64,000 bases of DNA, from the NCBI GenBank assembly GCA_965208575.1, contig CBDBOV010000005.1, positions 64,001 through 128,000 of the forward strand. The letters are read 5' to 3'. The notes under the pieces are model-generated. The model saw nothing but the letters and a program-made list of their open reading frames with translations, did no database searches and had not been told where the DNA came from. Numbering within the stretch: position 1 is the stretch's first letter; each line of letters starts with the position of its first letter. A program made the position numbers and the translations under genes. This DNA is from Spirochaetia bacterium (GTDB taxonomy: Bacteria; Spirochaetota; Spirochaetia; SZUA-6; Bin103). Positions 20,401-29,648 of the stretch are shown here, one piece after another.

Positions 20401-23400
20401 TGTTTCCGGCGGCCAACGCTCCCGGCCAGTACACCTTCACCATCTCCTCACGCGCCTACGACGTCGACGCAAGGAGCGAATTGCACTCGCGCGGCACCCT
20501 GCGCCTGGTGAGCGCCGACCATCCGGTAAACGTGCCGCGGCGGATTGCGGAGGTCGACACCACCAACTTCGAGCCCTACTACTACGTGGGCGAGAGCGAC
20601 TTCTACGAGCGCATCGACGCCAGCCTGGGCGAGACCTTCCAGTACGGCCCCTACTTCCGCAACATCCAGCGCGTGCTGTGGGAGGACACCACCGCCAACT
20701 ACCTGTTCGACGTCGAGATGAACGAGGAGCTGTGGACGGACGGCCGCGACGAGGGTTACGTCGCCAACCCCGCGCTACTCGACGGCGGGCTGCAGATTTT
20801 CCTCTACCACCTGCTGCGCGCCACCGACATCTTCGCCATGCCGCGGCGCGCCGTGGGCGTGACGTTCCTGCGCCCGCCCACCGGACCGCGGCTGACCTGC
20901 TACGTGAAGAAGGATCCGGACTGGGCCGACATCAACGAGCAGGGACAGTTCACGGAACGGCGCGGCGAACGCTCCGGGGGCAGCATCCGTTTCTACGATG
21001 GCGACACCGGCGAGCTGGTGCTGTGCATCGACGCCTACGTATCGTTCAACTCCAACCCGAGCTGGAACGACCGTCCGCACAGCAAGCACGCGGTCTCCTG
21101 GCAGCCCAAGTTCCTCCCGGCGGCGCACTCCCTCCTGCCGCACCTGGCCGCGGGCGGCGCCGGCGAGCTTGAGCCCGCGGCGCTGATCGCCGCCCTGGAA
21201 CAGCCGGCCGCCGACGCCGGCGCGCGCTACGCCTGCCACGTGATCGAGGTCGCCGGTGCGAGGGCCCCTGAACAAACGATCGTCAATCGCTGCTTCGACT
21301 ACCTGGGCAGCACCGGCGCGCAGACCGAATACTGGCTGCTGGGTGCCGACGACGAGCAGGTGCGCGCCCACTACGACGCGTTCCACAACCGCGATGCCGC
21401 CCTGCGCTTCGCTGCCCTGGACCTGAACGCGGAGCAGATGCCGGAGCTGAATGCCGGCCTGCTGCGGCGGCACGCCGCGGAGGTCCTGCTGCTGCACGAC
21501 GAAGCCGCGGCGTACGCGCCGGAGCAGTGGCGCCTGCTGCAGCGGCTGGCGGTGCCCGGCGGCCTGGCGCTGATCTGCCACGACGACCGCTCGGCGGTCG
21601 CGCCCGCCGATTCGGCCGCGGATCCCACCGCCGGCAGCACGAGCGAGCCGGGCTCCGGCTGGGACGAGGCGGGTTGGACGACGGTGAGTTCGGGGCGCCA
21701 CGCTACGCTCCTGCAGGCGCCGCTCGCCGCTCCCGCGGCCGCCGAGCCGGCGCTGCTCGCCGCCCCGCGCTGGGTGATCGGCGAACCGGGCAGCCTGGCG
21801 GACGAATGGCTGACACGGCTCGAGCAGGCCGGGAGTCCGGCTGCCGCGATTCCGTACGAGGAGTTGGCGGACGACCGCATCGCCGAGCTGGCCGACTGGC
21901 CGCACGCCGCCGATCTGCAGGCGATCGACTTCCTGTGCGCACCCGTCGGCGCGGGCAGCGCCGACGGGCATGACCCGGACGACCCCACCGGTGAGAGACT
22001 GGCGTGGCGCCTGGTCGCCTTCGTCAAGGCGCTGATCCCGTACCGGGTGGCGCACGCGCAGGCGCAGTGCCGCCTGACCGTGGTGACGCGGGGCGCCGCC
22101 TTCGAGGTAACCGGGCCGCGTGCGGGTGCCGCGTGGGGGGCGCTGCGCGCCATTACCGAGGAGGTGGCCGCGGATGCGGGCACGGTTGCGCGGATCGACT
22201 TCCGGCTGGTGGACCTGGACGCGGGTGAGGATCTGGAGGCCCTGGCCGAGCTCGATGCCTGCGATCTACGGGAGCGCGAACTGGCGATACGGGGCAACCG
22301 CATCTGGGTGCCGCGGCTGGTCAGCCTCCGCGAACGGTTTCCGCGCGTCCCGCGCGCGGCGGCGCACGACGATGACGCCGCCTACCGGCTGTCCCTGGAC
22401 AACCCGGGGCAGATCGGCGGCCTGAAGATGAAGAGCTACGAGCCTGAACCCCTGGGCGCGCACGACGTCGAGATCGAGGTGGCAGCCGCGGCGCTCAACT
22501 TTCGCGACGTGATGGTAACGCTCGGGCTGCTGCCGTCGAGCTCGTTCGAGCGCTCGGCGCTCGGCCGCACGGTCGGGCTGGAGGCCAGCGGCGTGGTGCG
22601 CCGCGCCGGGGAGTCGGTCCGTACCTGTCGCGCCGGCGACGCGGTGGTGTTCACCCAGGGCGGCTGTATCGCCAACCGTGCGGTAGTCAAGGACTACCTG
22701 GTGTTCACCAAGCCCGAGGCGCTGAGCATGCAGCAGGCAGCCTCCGTGCTGTCGGTGTACGTCACCGCCTACTACTCGCTGATCCACCTGGCGCGGCTGC
22801 GCAAGGGCCAGCGGGTGCTGATCCACTCCGCCATGGGCGGCGTCGGCCAGGCCGCGATCGCCCTCGCCAAGCACGCCGGGGCAGAGATCTACGCCACCGC
22901 CGGGAGCGAGAGCAAGCGCGAGCAGCTCCGCGATCTGGGGGTTCGGGCGGCCTTCGATTCGCACAGCCTTGACTGGTACGACGCACTGCTGGCGGCCACC
23001 GGCGGCGAAGGCGTCGACGCCGTGCTGAACTCGCTGGCGGGGCGCCACATCGCCCTCTGTCTGGAGGCGTTGCGACCCGGCGGCTGGCACTGCGAGATCG
23101 GCAAGGTGGACATCTACGCCGACAACACGCTGAGCCTGTCCGTGTTCCGCAAGAACCTGCGCTTCGCCGCCATCGACGTCGACCGGCTGATGAACGACGA
23201 CCCGTACCTGACGCGCGAGCTGTCGCAGCAGTGCCTGGATCTGCTGGAGAAGGGCGCCGTGCCGCCGCTGCCGATCACTACCTTCCCGTATCGCGACTAC
23301 GAGGAGGCGCTGCGCCTGATGACCACCGGCGGGCACACCGGCAAGCTGGTCCTGCAGGCCCCGCCGGCCGCAACGGACGACGACGACCCGCTCCCGGTCG

Positions 23401-24617
23401 CCGACCTGCGCCCCTACCTCGACCCCGAGGCGACCTACCTGGTCACCGGTGCGTTCGGCGGATTCGGCCGCCTGCTGTTGCCCTACCTGGCAACGGCCGG
23501 CGCGCGCCACATTACCCTGCTGGACCGCGATCCGCAGCGCCGCCGCAGCGCCGACTGGCTGCGCAAGACCAGTGCCCTGTGGTATCTCCCGGACGACATA
23601 CAGATCGACATCGTGACCGGCGACGTGGCCGAGGAGGCGGACGTGCGGCGCTGCATCGGCGGCTTGCAGCGTCCGCTGAAAGGCGTGTTCCACCTGGCCG
23701 GCGCCCTGGACGACTGCCTGCTGGCCGATCTCACTCCCGAGTCGTTGGCCAAGGTGTTCGCGCCCAAGGCGCGCGGCGCCCTCAACCTGCACCGCGCGAC
23801 CGCCGGCTGCGACCTCGACCACTTCGTGCTGTTCTCTTCGATCGCCTCGACCCTCGGCAACCCGGGCCAGGTCAACTACAGCGCCGCCAACGGATTCGTG
23901 GACGGCCTGGCCGCCCTGCGCCGCCGTCAGGGCCTGCCGGCACTGTGCTACAACCTGGCGGCGGTCGCCGAGGCCGGCATGGCCGCCCGCAACCTGCACG
24001 TACTGCGCATGAGCCGCGCCGGCGGCGTGCCGCCGATCAGCGCCGACTTCGCCATCACCAATCTCGACTACGCCATGCGCGCCATGGGCGACCGCGACCA
24101 CCTGGTCACCGCCCTGTTCTCGCGTCCACCCTGGACCGCGGACTCGCCCGACTACCTGCGCACCGGCCGGGTCCTCAGCAACCAGGACGCGTTCGCGGTC
24201 GACGCCGGCGGCCAGCTCACCCAGGAGTCGGTGGTGACGCAGATCGCCGCCAAGGTGGCCGAGCTGTGCGGCCACGATGAGGGCAGCCCGGAGGAACCGC
24301 TGTCCAGTTTCGGTCTGACCTCGATCTCGGTTGCGGAGCTGGGTGCGTTCATCCGCATGCAGTTCAACCACCAGGTCAGCGCCCTGGAGTTGATGACCAC
24401 GGCCACTTGCCTGTCGCTGGCCGAAGCGATCATGACCGGCGACCAGGGTGGCGACGAGGATGATGCCGATGCCGACAGCGCCGGCACCCAGCAGACGGAA
24501 GCGGAGATTCCCGCCGCCCGCCGCGTGCCCTCCGTCTTCGCCAGCGCACCCGCAGATCACTTCCCGAACGGCGCCGGGGCCCCGGCGGACATGGCGGCCA
24601 GCGCCCCGGTCCGTTAG
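17424..24617 (+). CDS. mono-modular highly reducing type I PKS/FAS, KS-AT-DH-psiMT-ER-KR-ACP (SwfA-like)
   Basis: KS: SACSAS, EAHATGT, KSNVGH. AT: GHSSGE, AFHS. DH: EHRVHHASIMP, LLDGGLQ. ER: LIHSAMGGVG. KR: VTGAFGGFG, NYSAAN. ACP: FGLTSISVAEL. Confidence 0.95.
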   Translation: MNVPQAHEPVSIVGYSHRMPGGIVSDDHFWRLLSEREIIREPIVDRYERGFRPIGEFSGPGRFASPYEGLIRDDREMLFDRSLFGMSHNEMLTADPHVRMLLTCTWETCERAGWDLHALRNSPTGVFVGAQVPATSNWRAPLGANEFSIASISLSMLANRISYHFNLMGPSLACCSACSASLTALHEALNALRAGDCEQAFVGSANYLGSSRQSAGFNALGVISPEGKCHSFDADANGYLRSEGAFVFAIKPLAAAERDGDPIHAVVEATAVNAAGAADGSVGLAQGRYITAPTRHAQMALMREAAARAGRAPEEFDYVEAHATGTVVGDRIEGNAIGAALGGSERAAPLRVAGVKSNVGHMEAAAFTCALLKAVLMMQRRTFAPVSRNHLVPNPEIDFDGLGMQVQTECEPFPDHPVVVGINSFGFGGSNGHCVVREYRPEQPRIWSLPLAPEAGCVVPLSARTTGALVDSARVLRQALDEPPADLYTLAGNLSRRRTHFAARAAFAVHDTEQLKEALDAFVENPEPVAPVDEGRRRLLMVFTGQGTQWAGCGRALYDAHPVFRRAVDAIDEHWRGHAGTSLREAAFEAPPAELNECRLAQPVTFMLQCALVELFKTWGVYPDCVVGHSSGEVAAAYASGALSLAEATRLVYHRATLQQRTAGSGRMLPIGLDLSGVEQLLHELEIPFYTENGVAPPVEIACENAPASTVICGKEEALRPVLEELERRNLQHRLLPGNIAFHSAAMDQLEEDAHEALSFLNDIAFDAAVPLVSSVTGEHTERLDNAYWWTNIRRRVRFAAALETAVRDFRPDVVLELAPHSALQSSIVQCLEGNASRAVCIPTLRRDTDVCLGFHEALGALFRAGVELDFAAQFPRPEPIAHLLPGYPRDEQTIADEMSDDEMFLQAGEYAHGPLVGHRVPCDHLLFEARLSERDFPWLAEHRVHHASIMPAAGYIELLLQAFGGVPLHVESLEFLQPCPIPKTPVRLQTELFPAANAPGQYTFTISSRAYDVDARSELHSRGTLRLVSADHPVNVPRRIAEVDTTNFEPYYYVGESDFYERIDASLGETFQYGPYFRNIQRVLWEDTTANYLFDVEMNEELWTDGRDEGYVANPALLDGGLQIFLYHLLRATDIFAMPRRAVGVTFLRPPTGPRLTCYVKKDPDWADINEQGQFTERRGERSGGSIRFYDGDTGELVLCIDAYVSFNSNPSWNDRPHSKHAVSWQPKFLPAAHSLLPHLAAGGAGELEPAALIAALEQPAADAGARYACHVIEVAGARAPEQTIVNRCFDYLGSTGAQTEYWLLGADDEQVRAHYDAFHNRDAALRFAALDLNAEQMPELNAGLLRRHAAEVLLLHDEAAAYAPEQWRLLQRLAVPGGLALICHDDRSAVAPADSAADPTAGSTSEPGSGWDEAGWTTVSSGRHATLLQAPLAAPAAAEPALLAAPRWVIGEPGSLADEWLTRLEQAGSPAAAIPYEELADDRIAELADWPHAADLQAIDFLCAPVGAGSADGHDPDDPTGERLAWRLVAFVKALIPYRVAHAQAQCRLTVVTRGAAFEVTGPRAGAAWGALRAITEEVAADAGTVARIDFRLVDLDAGEDLEALAELDACDLRERELAIRGNRIWVPRLVSLRERFPRVPRAAAHDDDAAYRLSLDNPGQIGGLKMKSYEPEPLGAHDVEIEVAAAALNFRDVMVTLGLLPSSSFERSALGRTVGLEASGVVRRAGESVRTCRAGDAVVFTQGGCIANRAVVKDYLVFTKPEALSMQQAASVLSVYVTAYYSLIHLARLRKGQRVLIHSAMGGVGQAAIALAKHAGAEIYATAGSESKREQLRDLGVRAAFDSHSLDWYDALLAATGGEGVDAVLNSLAGRHIALCLEALRPGGWHCEIGKVDIYADNTLSLSVFRKNLRFAAIDVDRLMNDDPYLTRELSQQCLDLLEKGAVPPLPITTFPYRDYEEALRLMTTGGHTGKLVLQAPPAATDDDDPLPVADLRPYLDPEATYLVTGAFGGFGRLLLPYLATAGARHITLLDRDPQRRRSADWLRKTSALWYLPDDIQIDIVTGDVAEEADVRRCIGGLQRPLKGVFHLAGALDDCLLADLTPESLAKVFAPKARGALNLHRATAGCDLDHFVLFSSIASTLGNPGQVNYSAANGFVDGLAALRRRQGLPALCYNLAAVAEAGMAARNLHVLRMSRAGGVPPISADFAITNLDYAMRAMGDRDHLVTALFSRPPWTADSPDYLRTGRVLSNQDAFAVDAGGQLTQESVVTQIAAKVAELCGHDEGSPEEPLSSFGLTSISVAELGAFIRMQFNHQVSALELMTTATCLSLAEAIMTGDQGGDEDDADADSAGTQQTEAEIPAARRVPSVFASAPADHFPNGAGAPADMAASAPVR

Positions 24618-24666
24618 CCCGATACGACACGTGCCGCACGCAGCGACTGGAGCCGACAGAAGAGTA

Positions 24667-27127
24667 GTGCCGCTGGCCGGCGCATTGCCGCCGCAGTGCC
24701 AACGCGACCTGGACAACCTGCGGGCGTTCGTCCGCCGCGCCATCGGTGACGGCAGGCCGGCGCCGCCGGTGCCGGTGGCCGACGTACGGGAGGTGCTGCT
24801 GACCGGGGCGACCGGGTTCGTCGGCCGCTTCGTGCTGCGCGAACTCCTGTGCCTCGACGGTGACCTGGTCGTGCACTGCCTGGTCCGGGCCAGCGGCGGC
24901 GAGCACGGGCTACGACGGTTGCGCGCCGCCATGGAGGCGGCGGAAATCTGGGACGACGCGTTCACGGCCCGCATCCGGGTGGTGGCCGGAGACGTCGGCG
25001 AGGCGCAGCTCGGCCTGAGCCGGACTGCCTTCGACGACCTTGGCAGGCGCATCGACGCGGTCCACCACTACGCCGCGGAGGTGTCACTGTCAGCGTCTTA
25101 TCTCTCCATCCGCAAGGCCAATGCGTTCAGCATGCGCAACGTGCTGGACCTGTGCCTGAGCACCCGGCTCAAGCACCTGTTCCACGCCTCCACGATGGGC
25201 GTGTTTCCGCAGTACTTCTGCGACTTCGCCAACGAGTTCGCCGGACACAGCATCGAGCACCAGGGACAGCCGGACGTGGCCGAGATGAAACGCATGTTCC
25301 CGCTCTCTCGGCGGCTACTCGTGGAGCAAGCTGGTCGCCGAGCAGAGTGTGCTGTTCGCGCACCAGGCCGGCCTGCCGGCGGCGGTATTCCGCTTGCCGC
25401 TGACCAGCCGGTCCAGCACCGGATATACCCAGCCGAGCGATACCTCCGTGCGCGTATACGCCGCGGTGGCGGATGTCGAGATGGCGCCGGGTGGCTTTTC
25501 GTTTCAGCGGCAGAACCACACGGTCGACACCCTGAGTCGGATCTGTACCGCGATTGCGGCCAACCCCGAGCGCCAGTTCACCCTGTACCACTGCTGCAAC
25601 CCCGACCCGGTTCCCCACGATATCGAACTGGCCGACTTCGGCGTCTATCTGCGCGAGGTTCCCTACGATACCTTCAAGCGTGCCTGCCAGGCGCGCGGTG
25701 AGAATTCACCGTTGCACGGCTACTGGGCGCTGTTCGAGAAGTTCGCCCCGTACTGGTTCAGTCCGAGCAAGCCGCTGACCGAGTTGCCGGTCAGCGACCG
25801 CGCATTGCGCGAGGATTGCCCATTTCCGATCGAGTGGCCGGGAATCCTGACCATGTTCCGGCGCACCAATGAATGGATCAGAGCGCACCCGGACCAATGG
25901 CCCTTTTCGATGCCGCAGCCGCGCATCGACTACGACCGCCTGATGGCGCGTGCCGAGCATTACGCGGAACGTTTCGGGGCGCCGTTTGCCGAGACCTATC
26001 CCGAGTGGCTGCGCGACGGACTTGCCCACCTGGTGCAGGCCCTGCGGGCTCCGGAGGCGCGTCTGTTGCAGGGCAAGCGCGCCGTCGTCGTCTCCGACCT
26101 GAGCGCCAGCCTGCGCAACAACGCGGCGCTCAGCGGTGAGCGATTGCGGCATCCGGAGATCGAACGGGAGGGGATCGCACGCCCGGTGTTCATTATCGGG
26201 ATCAACCGCACGGGCACCACGTTCCTGCACCGCTTGCTGGCGCGCGATCCACGGTTCTGGACCTTGCGAAGCTACGAGTTGGCGGAGCCGGTGGTGCCGG
26301 ACGGCGACTTGGCCCGGGCCTGGACTGACGCCGACATGCGGCGCGCGCGGCTCCTGGACGTGTTCGTCGCAGCGGGTTTCTTCGAGTCGTTCGCGGGCGC
26401 GCATCAACTCGACGTCGATGAGCCCGAGGAGGATCTTCCGCTGTTGCGGCACACCTTCCGGTCCTGGTCCAACACCAACATCTACCAGGTGCCCGAGTAC
26501 GGCCGTTGGCTCGCCGAGTCCGGGTCGCAACAAGCCTACGGATACCATCGCCGCGCCATCCAGCACTTCACCTGGCAGCGGCGCATGCGGGACCCGGGGC
26601 GCGTGGCCCAGTGGCTGTTGAAGGCGCCCGTCCACCTGATGGAGCTGGAGGCGCTGGTCGATGCCTACCCGGATGCCTGCTTCATCCAGACGCACCGCGA
26701 ACCGCGGCAGTTTACGGGCTCCTGGGTCAGCCTGATAGAGCAACTGCGGGCCCGCTCCACCGAACCGACTCCACGCGCCATTCTCGGAGCCGAGCAGTTG
26801 GCAGACATGAGCACCATGCTGGACCGGGCAGTGGACTTCCGCGAAGCTCATCCCGAGCTCGCTCAGCGCTGGTGCGACGTGAGCTACGTCGACCTGGTCG
26901 ACAACCCCTGGGCAACGGTGCGCGCCATCTACGAGCATTTCGGCTGGACGCTGGAGCCGGCTGCCGTCGCCGCCATGGAAGCGTGGCAGGAGCGCCAGGC
27001 GGAGCGGCGCCGGCACGAGGTACGCCACCGCTACGACCTGAAGGACTTCGAACTCACGCCCGAGGCGGTCGACGCCGCCTTCTCCCGCTACCGGGAGTTC
27101 ACCGCCGCCCACGGCATCCGCACCTGA
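24667..27127 (+). CDS. thioester reductase (R) + sulfotransferase fusion (SwfB-like), frameshifted at about 25305
   Basis: R domain: VLLTGATGFVG, then GGYSWSKLVAE (YxxxK) after the frame change in CTCTCTC. ST domain: PVFIIGINRTGTTFLHRLL, WLLKAPVH, IQTHREP. The start codon is approximate. Confidence 0.85.
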
Positions 27128-27130
27128 GGG

Positions 27131-27889
27131 TCAGGCAGCCGACCAGCCGCCGTCCACGTACCAAGTGGCGCCGGTGACGAACGATGCCTCCTCGCTGCAC
27201 AGGAAGTGGACCACGTTGGCCACCTCTTCGGGGCGTCCGAAGCGGTTGAACAGCGACTTTGCCATCAACCCCGATTTCGTGGGCGCCGGATACCGGGACT
27301 CCCTGATGTAGCGCTGCAACAGCGGCGTGTCGATTGCCCCGGCAGCCACACAGTTCACTCTGATGCCGTCGGCCGCGAGATCCACGGCCATGGAGCGAGT
27401 CAACCCTTCGACGGCTGCCTTGGCGCCGGCGTATGCGGCCCGCTCACCGGCCGGACGCGCGCTCAGGACCGAGCCGGTGTTGACGATGGCGGCGCCTGCG
27501 CGGCCGGCCATGAGCGGGGCGAACGCGCGGGTAACGTGGAAAATCCCCCTGACGGTGACGTCGTAGAGCCGGTCCCAATCCTCCCCGGTGCAGCGCAGGA
27601 TGCCGCCGCGCACCTGCACACCCGCGTTGTTGTGCAGCGCGTCTACACGGCCGAGAGTGCGGCGGATCTCGCGCGCCGCGGCGGTGACCTGGCCATGGTC
27701 GGTGACGTCGCAGGCGCAGTACACCGCTGTACGGCCCATCGACCGCACCCGTTGAGCTGCCTGCTCGCCCCGCACCCGGTCGGTGTCGAGCAGGCCGACG
27801 TCGTACCCGCCGGCCGCAAACCGGACCGCCGACGCGAGGCCCAGACCGGAAGCCGCGCCGCTGACCACCAGGACCCTGGAATCGCCCAC
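27131..27889 (-). CDS. SDR family oxidoreductase
   Basis: SGAASGLG, NNAG, YAGAK and VDGG motifs. Confidence 0.92.
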   Translation of the reverse strand: MGDSRVLVVSGAASGLGLASAVRFAAGGYDVGLLDTDRVRGEQAAQRVRSMGRTAVYCACDVTDHGQVTAAAREIRRTLGRVDALHNNAGVQVRGGILRCTGEDWDRLYDVTVRGIFHVTRAFAPLMAGRAGAAIVNTGSVLSARPAGERAAYAGAKAAVEGLTRSMAVDLAADGIRVNCVAAGAIDTPLLQRYIRESRYPAPTKSGLMAKSLFNRFGRPEEVANVVHFLCSEEASFVTGATWYVDGGWSAA

Positions 27890-27979
27890 ACCATCCCCCT
27901 GCCTTACCTATCGACCGAACCACCTGCGCCGTTGACGGGCCGGTGAAGCGCCACGGACGACGGGCCCGTTACAGGTTGC

Positions 27980-29569
27980 ATGAGATCCCTACGATTCGTG
28001 TTCCGCCGCGTTGCCCCGCTGGCAACGCTGACCGTCCTTGTGTCCCTGGCCGGATGCATGGAATTCCTGGAGGGCCCTTCGTCGGCGGGTTCACCGCCGC
28101 ACGACGGATCGCGGCCGTCCGCAACCACGTCGGCAACCGTACTGGTGGCCGGACCGCTCACCATCGCCTCGGCCAAAGGCAGCCACGCCGACATCGCCGG
28201 GGTCACGATCACCGTGGCCGGCAACAACGCCCTGGGGAACCACCAGGACCCGCTGGCCACGGCCGCTCTCACCCGATCGCCGGACGGCGTGTGGACGGGC
28301 ACCCTGTCCGGACTCACCGTCGGGACGGAGCTGACCTTTTCCGCGCAGGCGGTCGACGACAGCGAAACCGTGATCTTCGAAGGTACGCACAAGCAGACGC
28401 TGGCCAGCGTCGGAGCGCAGATAACGATCCGGCTGAACGCGGTCGACGACGGCGTGGACAACCGCTTCCCGAAGGTAACGGCGATCAGCGTCAGCAACGT
28501 CTCGACCGGTGTTCCCACCCAGGTGAGCGTTTCGGTGCAGGGTTCCGGCACGGAACAACTCGACTACGAGTTCTCCGGCGGCACGTTCAACCCGAGCACC
28601 GGCCAGGTCTCCCTGTCATCCGGCACCGCAACCATCACCAGCACGTATCAGGCGCCCGCTGTCGTCGGCTGGTACACCGCGCAGATCGCGCTGACCAATC
28701 CGCAGGGCAATCGGATCGAGGTGGACTTCCAGATCAACGTGCAGACCGCGGGACTTACGGCGAGGATCGGCCCGGTCGTGCGCGGCTTCACCGGCAAGCG
28801 CACCCCCGCCGGGGTTCGCTGGACCGCGAATGTCTCCTTCGCAGGCGATGGCGCCGGCCTCAGCTATGCCTGGGCGTTCACCGATTCCGACGACAACTCC
28901 GGCACCTTCACCAATTCATCGGCGAATCCCACCATCCTGACCGGCTACACCACGGCGACGGTCGGCTCGCTTTCGGTAACCGTTACCGACGCGGCCGGTT
29001 TGACCGCGACCGCAACCCTTGCCATGGCCGCCGGTCTGTTCGCCGACCTGCCGCTCATGCCCGCGCCGGCCGCGCTCCTGGTCAACGAGATCGACTACGA
29101 CCAGGAAGGCAGCAGCGACGCCGCCGAGTTCATCGAGATCCTGAACCCCGGCTCGACCCCGGTCGATCTCTCCGGCTACCGCTTCGAGCTGGTGGACGGC
29201 GCCGACGGCGACACGTACCTGTCGTTCGACGGCACCGGTCAACTGGCCGGCGGCGGGTTCGTGGTGATCGCGGACCAGGCGGTGATCGACAATCTTCCGG
29301 CCGGCACGTCCTCGCTGGTACTCACCGGGACCGGGATTACCAACGGCCCGGACGGCGTGCGCATCGTGTCGACGGCGGACGGCCGAGTCGTCGACGCTGT
29401 CCACTACGAAGGCGCCGTGCCGGGCTCGGGCGAGGGCTCGCCCGCCCCGCAAGACCCGGCTGCCGCTTCCACCTCGATCGGGCGGTGTCCCGCCGGCTTC
29501 GACAGCAACGACAACGGCCTCGACTTTCGCTCCATGACGGCGACACCGGGCGCCGCCAACACCTGCTGA
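27980..29569 (+). CDS. lipoprotein with Ig/PKD-like beta domains and a C-terminal lamin-tail domain
   Basis: SLAGC lipobox; Thr/Ser-rich beta segments; LLVNEIDYD...AEFIEILNPGSTPVDLSGY (LTD). Confidence 0.8.
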   Translation: MRSLRFVFRRVAPLATLTVLVSLAGCMEFLEGPSSAGSPPHDGSRPSATTSATVLVAGPLTIASAKGSHADIAGVTITVAGNNALGNHQDPLATAALTRSPDGVWTGTLSGLTVGTELTFSAQAVDDSETVIFEGTHKQTLASVGAQITIRLNAVDDGVDNRFPKVTAISVSNVSTGVPTQVSVSVQGSGTEQLDYEFSGGTFNPSTGQVSLSSGTATITSTYQAPAVVGWYTAQIALTNPQGNRIEVDFQINVQTAGLTARIGPVVRGFTGKRTPAGVRWTANVSFAGDGAGLSYAWAFTDSDDNSGTFTNSSANPTILTGYTTATVGSLSVTVTDAAGLTATATLAMAAGLFADLPLMPAPAALLVNEIDYDQEGSSDAAEFIEILNPGSTPVDLSGYRFELVDGADGDTYLSFDGTGQLAGGGFVVIADQAVIDNLPAGTSSLVLTGTGITNGPDGVRIVSTADGRVVDAVHYEGAVPGSGEGSPAPQDPAAASTSIGRCPAGFDSNDNGLDFRSMTATPGAANTC

Positions 29570-29589
29570 GTCCCGGCATGGCCTGACCT

Positions 29590-29626
29590 GCCCGGCGGGC
29601 GCGCGCGTGCATGCGCCCCGCCGGGC
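29590..29626. terminator. GC hairpin between convergent genes
   Basis: GCCCGGCGGG...CCCGCCGGGC inverted repeat. Confidence 0.55.
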
Positions 29627-29648
29627 GGTGGGCTGAGCGCCTGCCCCG

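Noticed and set aside
21230-21580. Active C-methyltransferase domain in the PKS
   Set aside because: The SAM motif is degenerate (IEVAGARA rather than LExGxGxG), so I treated it as a structural pseudo-MT.
6672-27112. Very long antisense or alternative-frame ORFs (e.g. 6672-8963, 17385-20333, 22266-25052, 25706-27112)
   Set aside because: Shadow ORFs of high-GC genes; Arg/Ala/Gly-rich or mirror-codon composition and no motifs.
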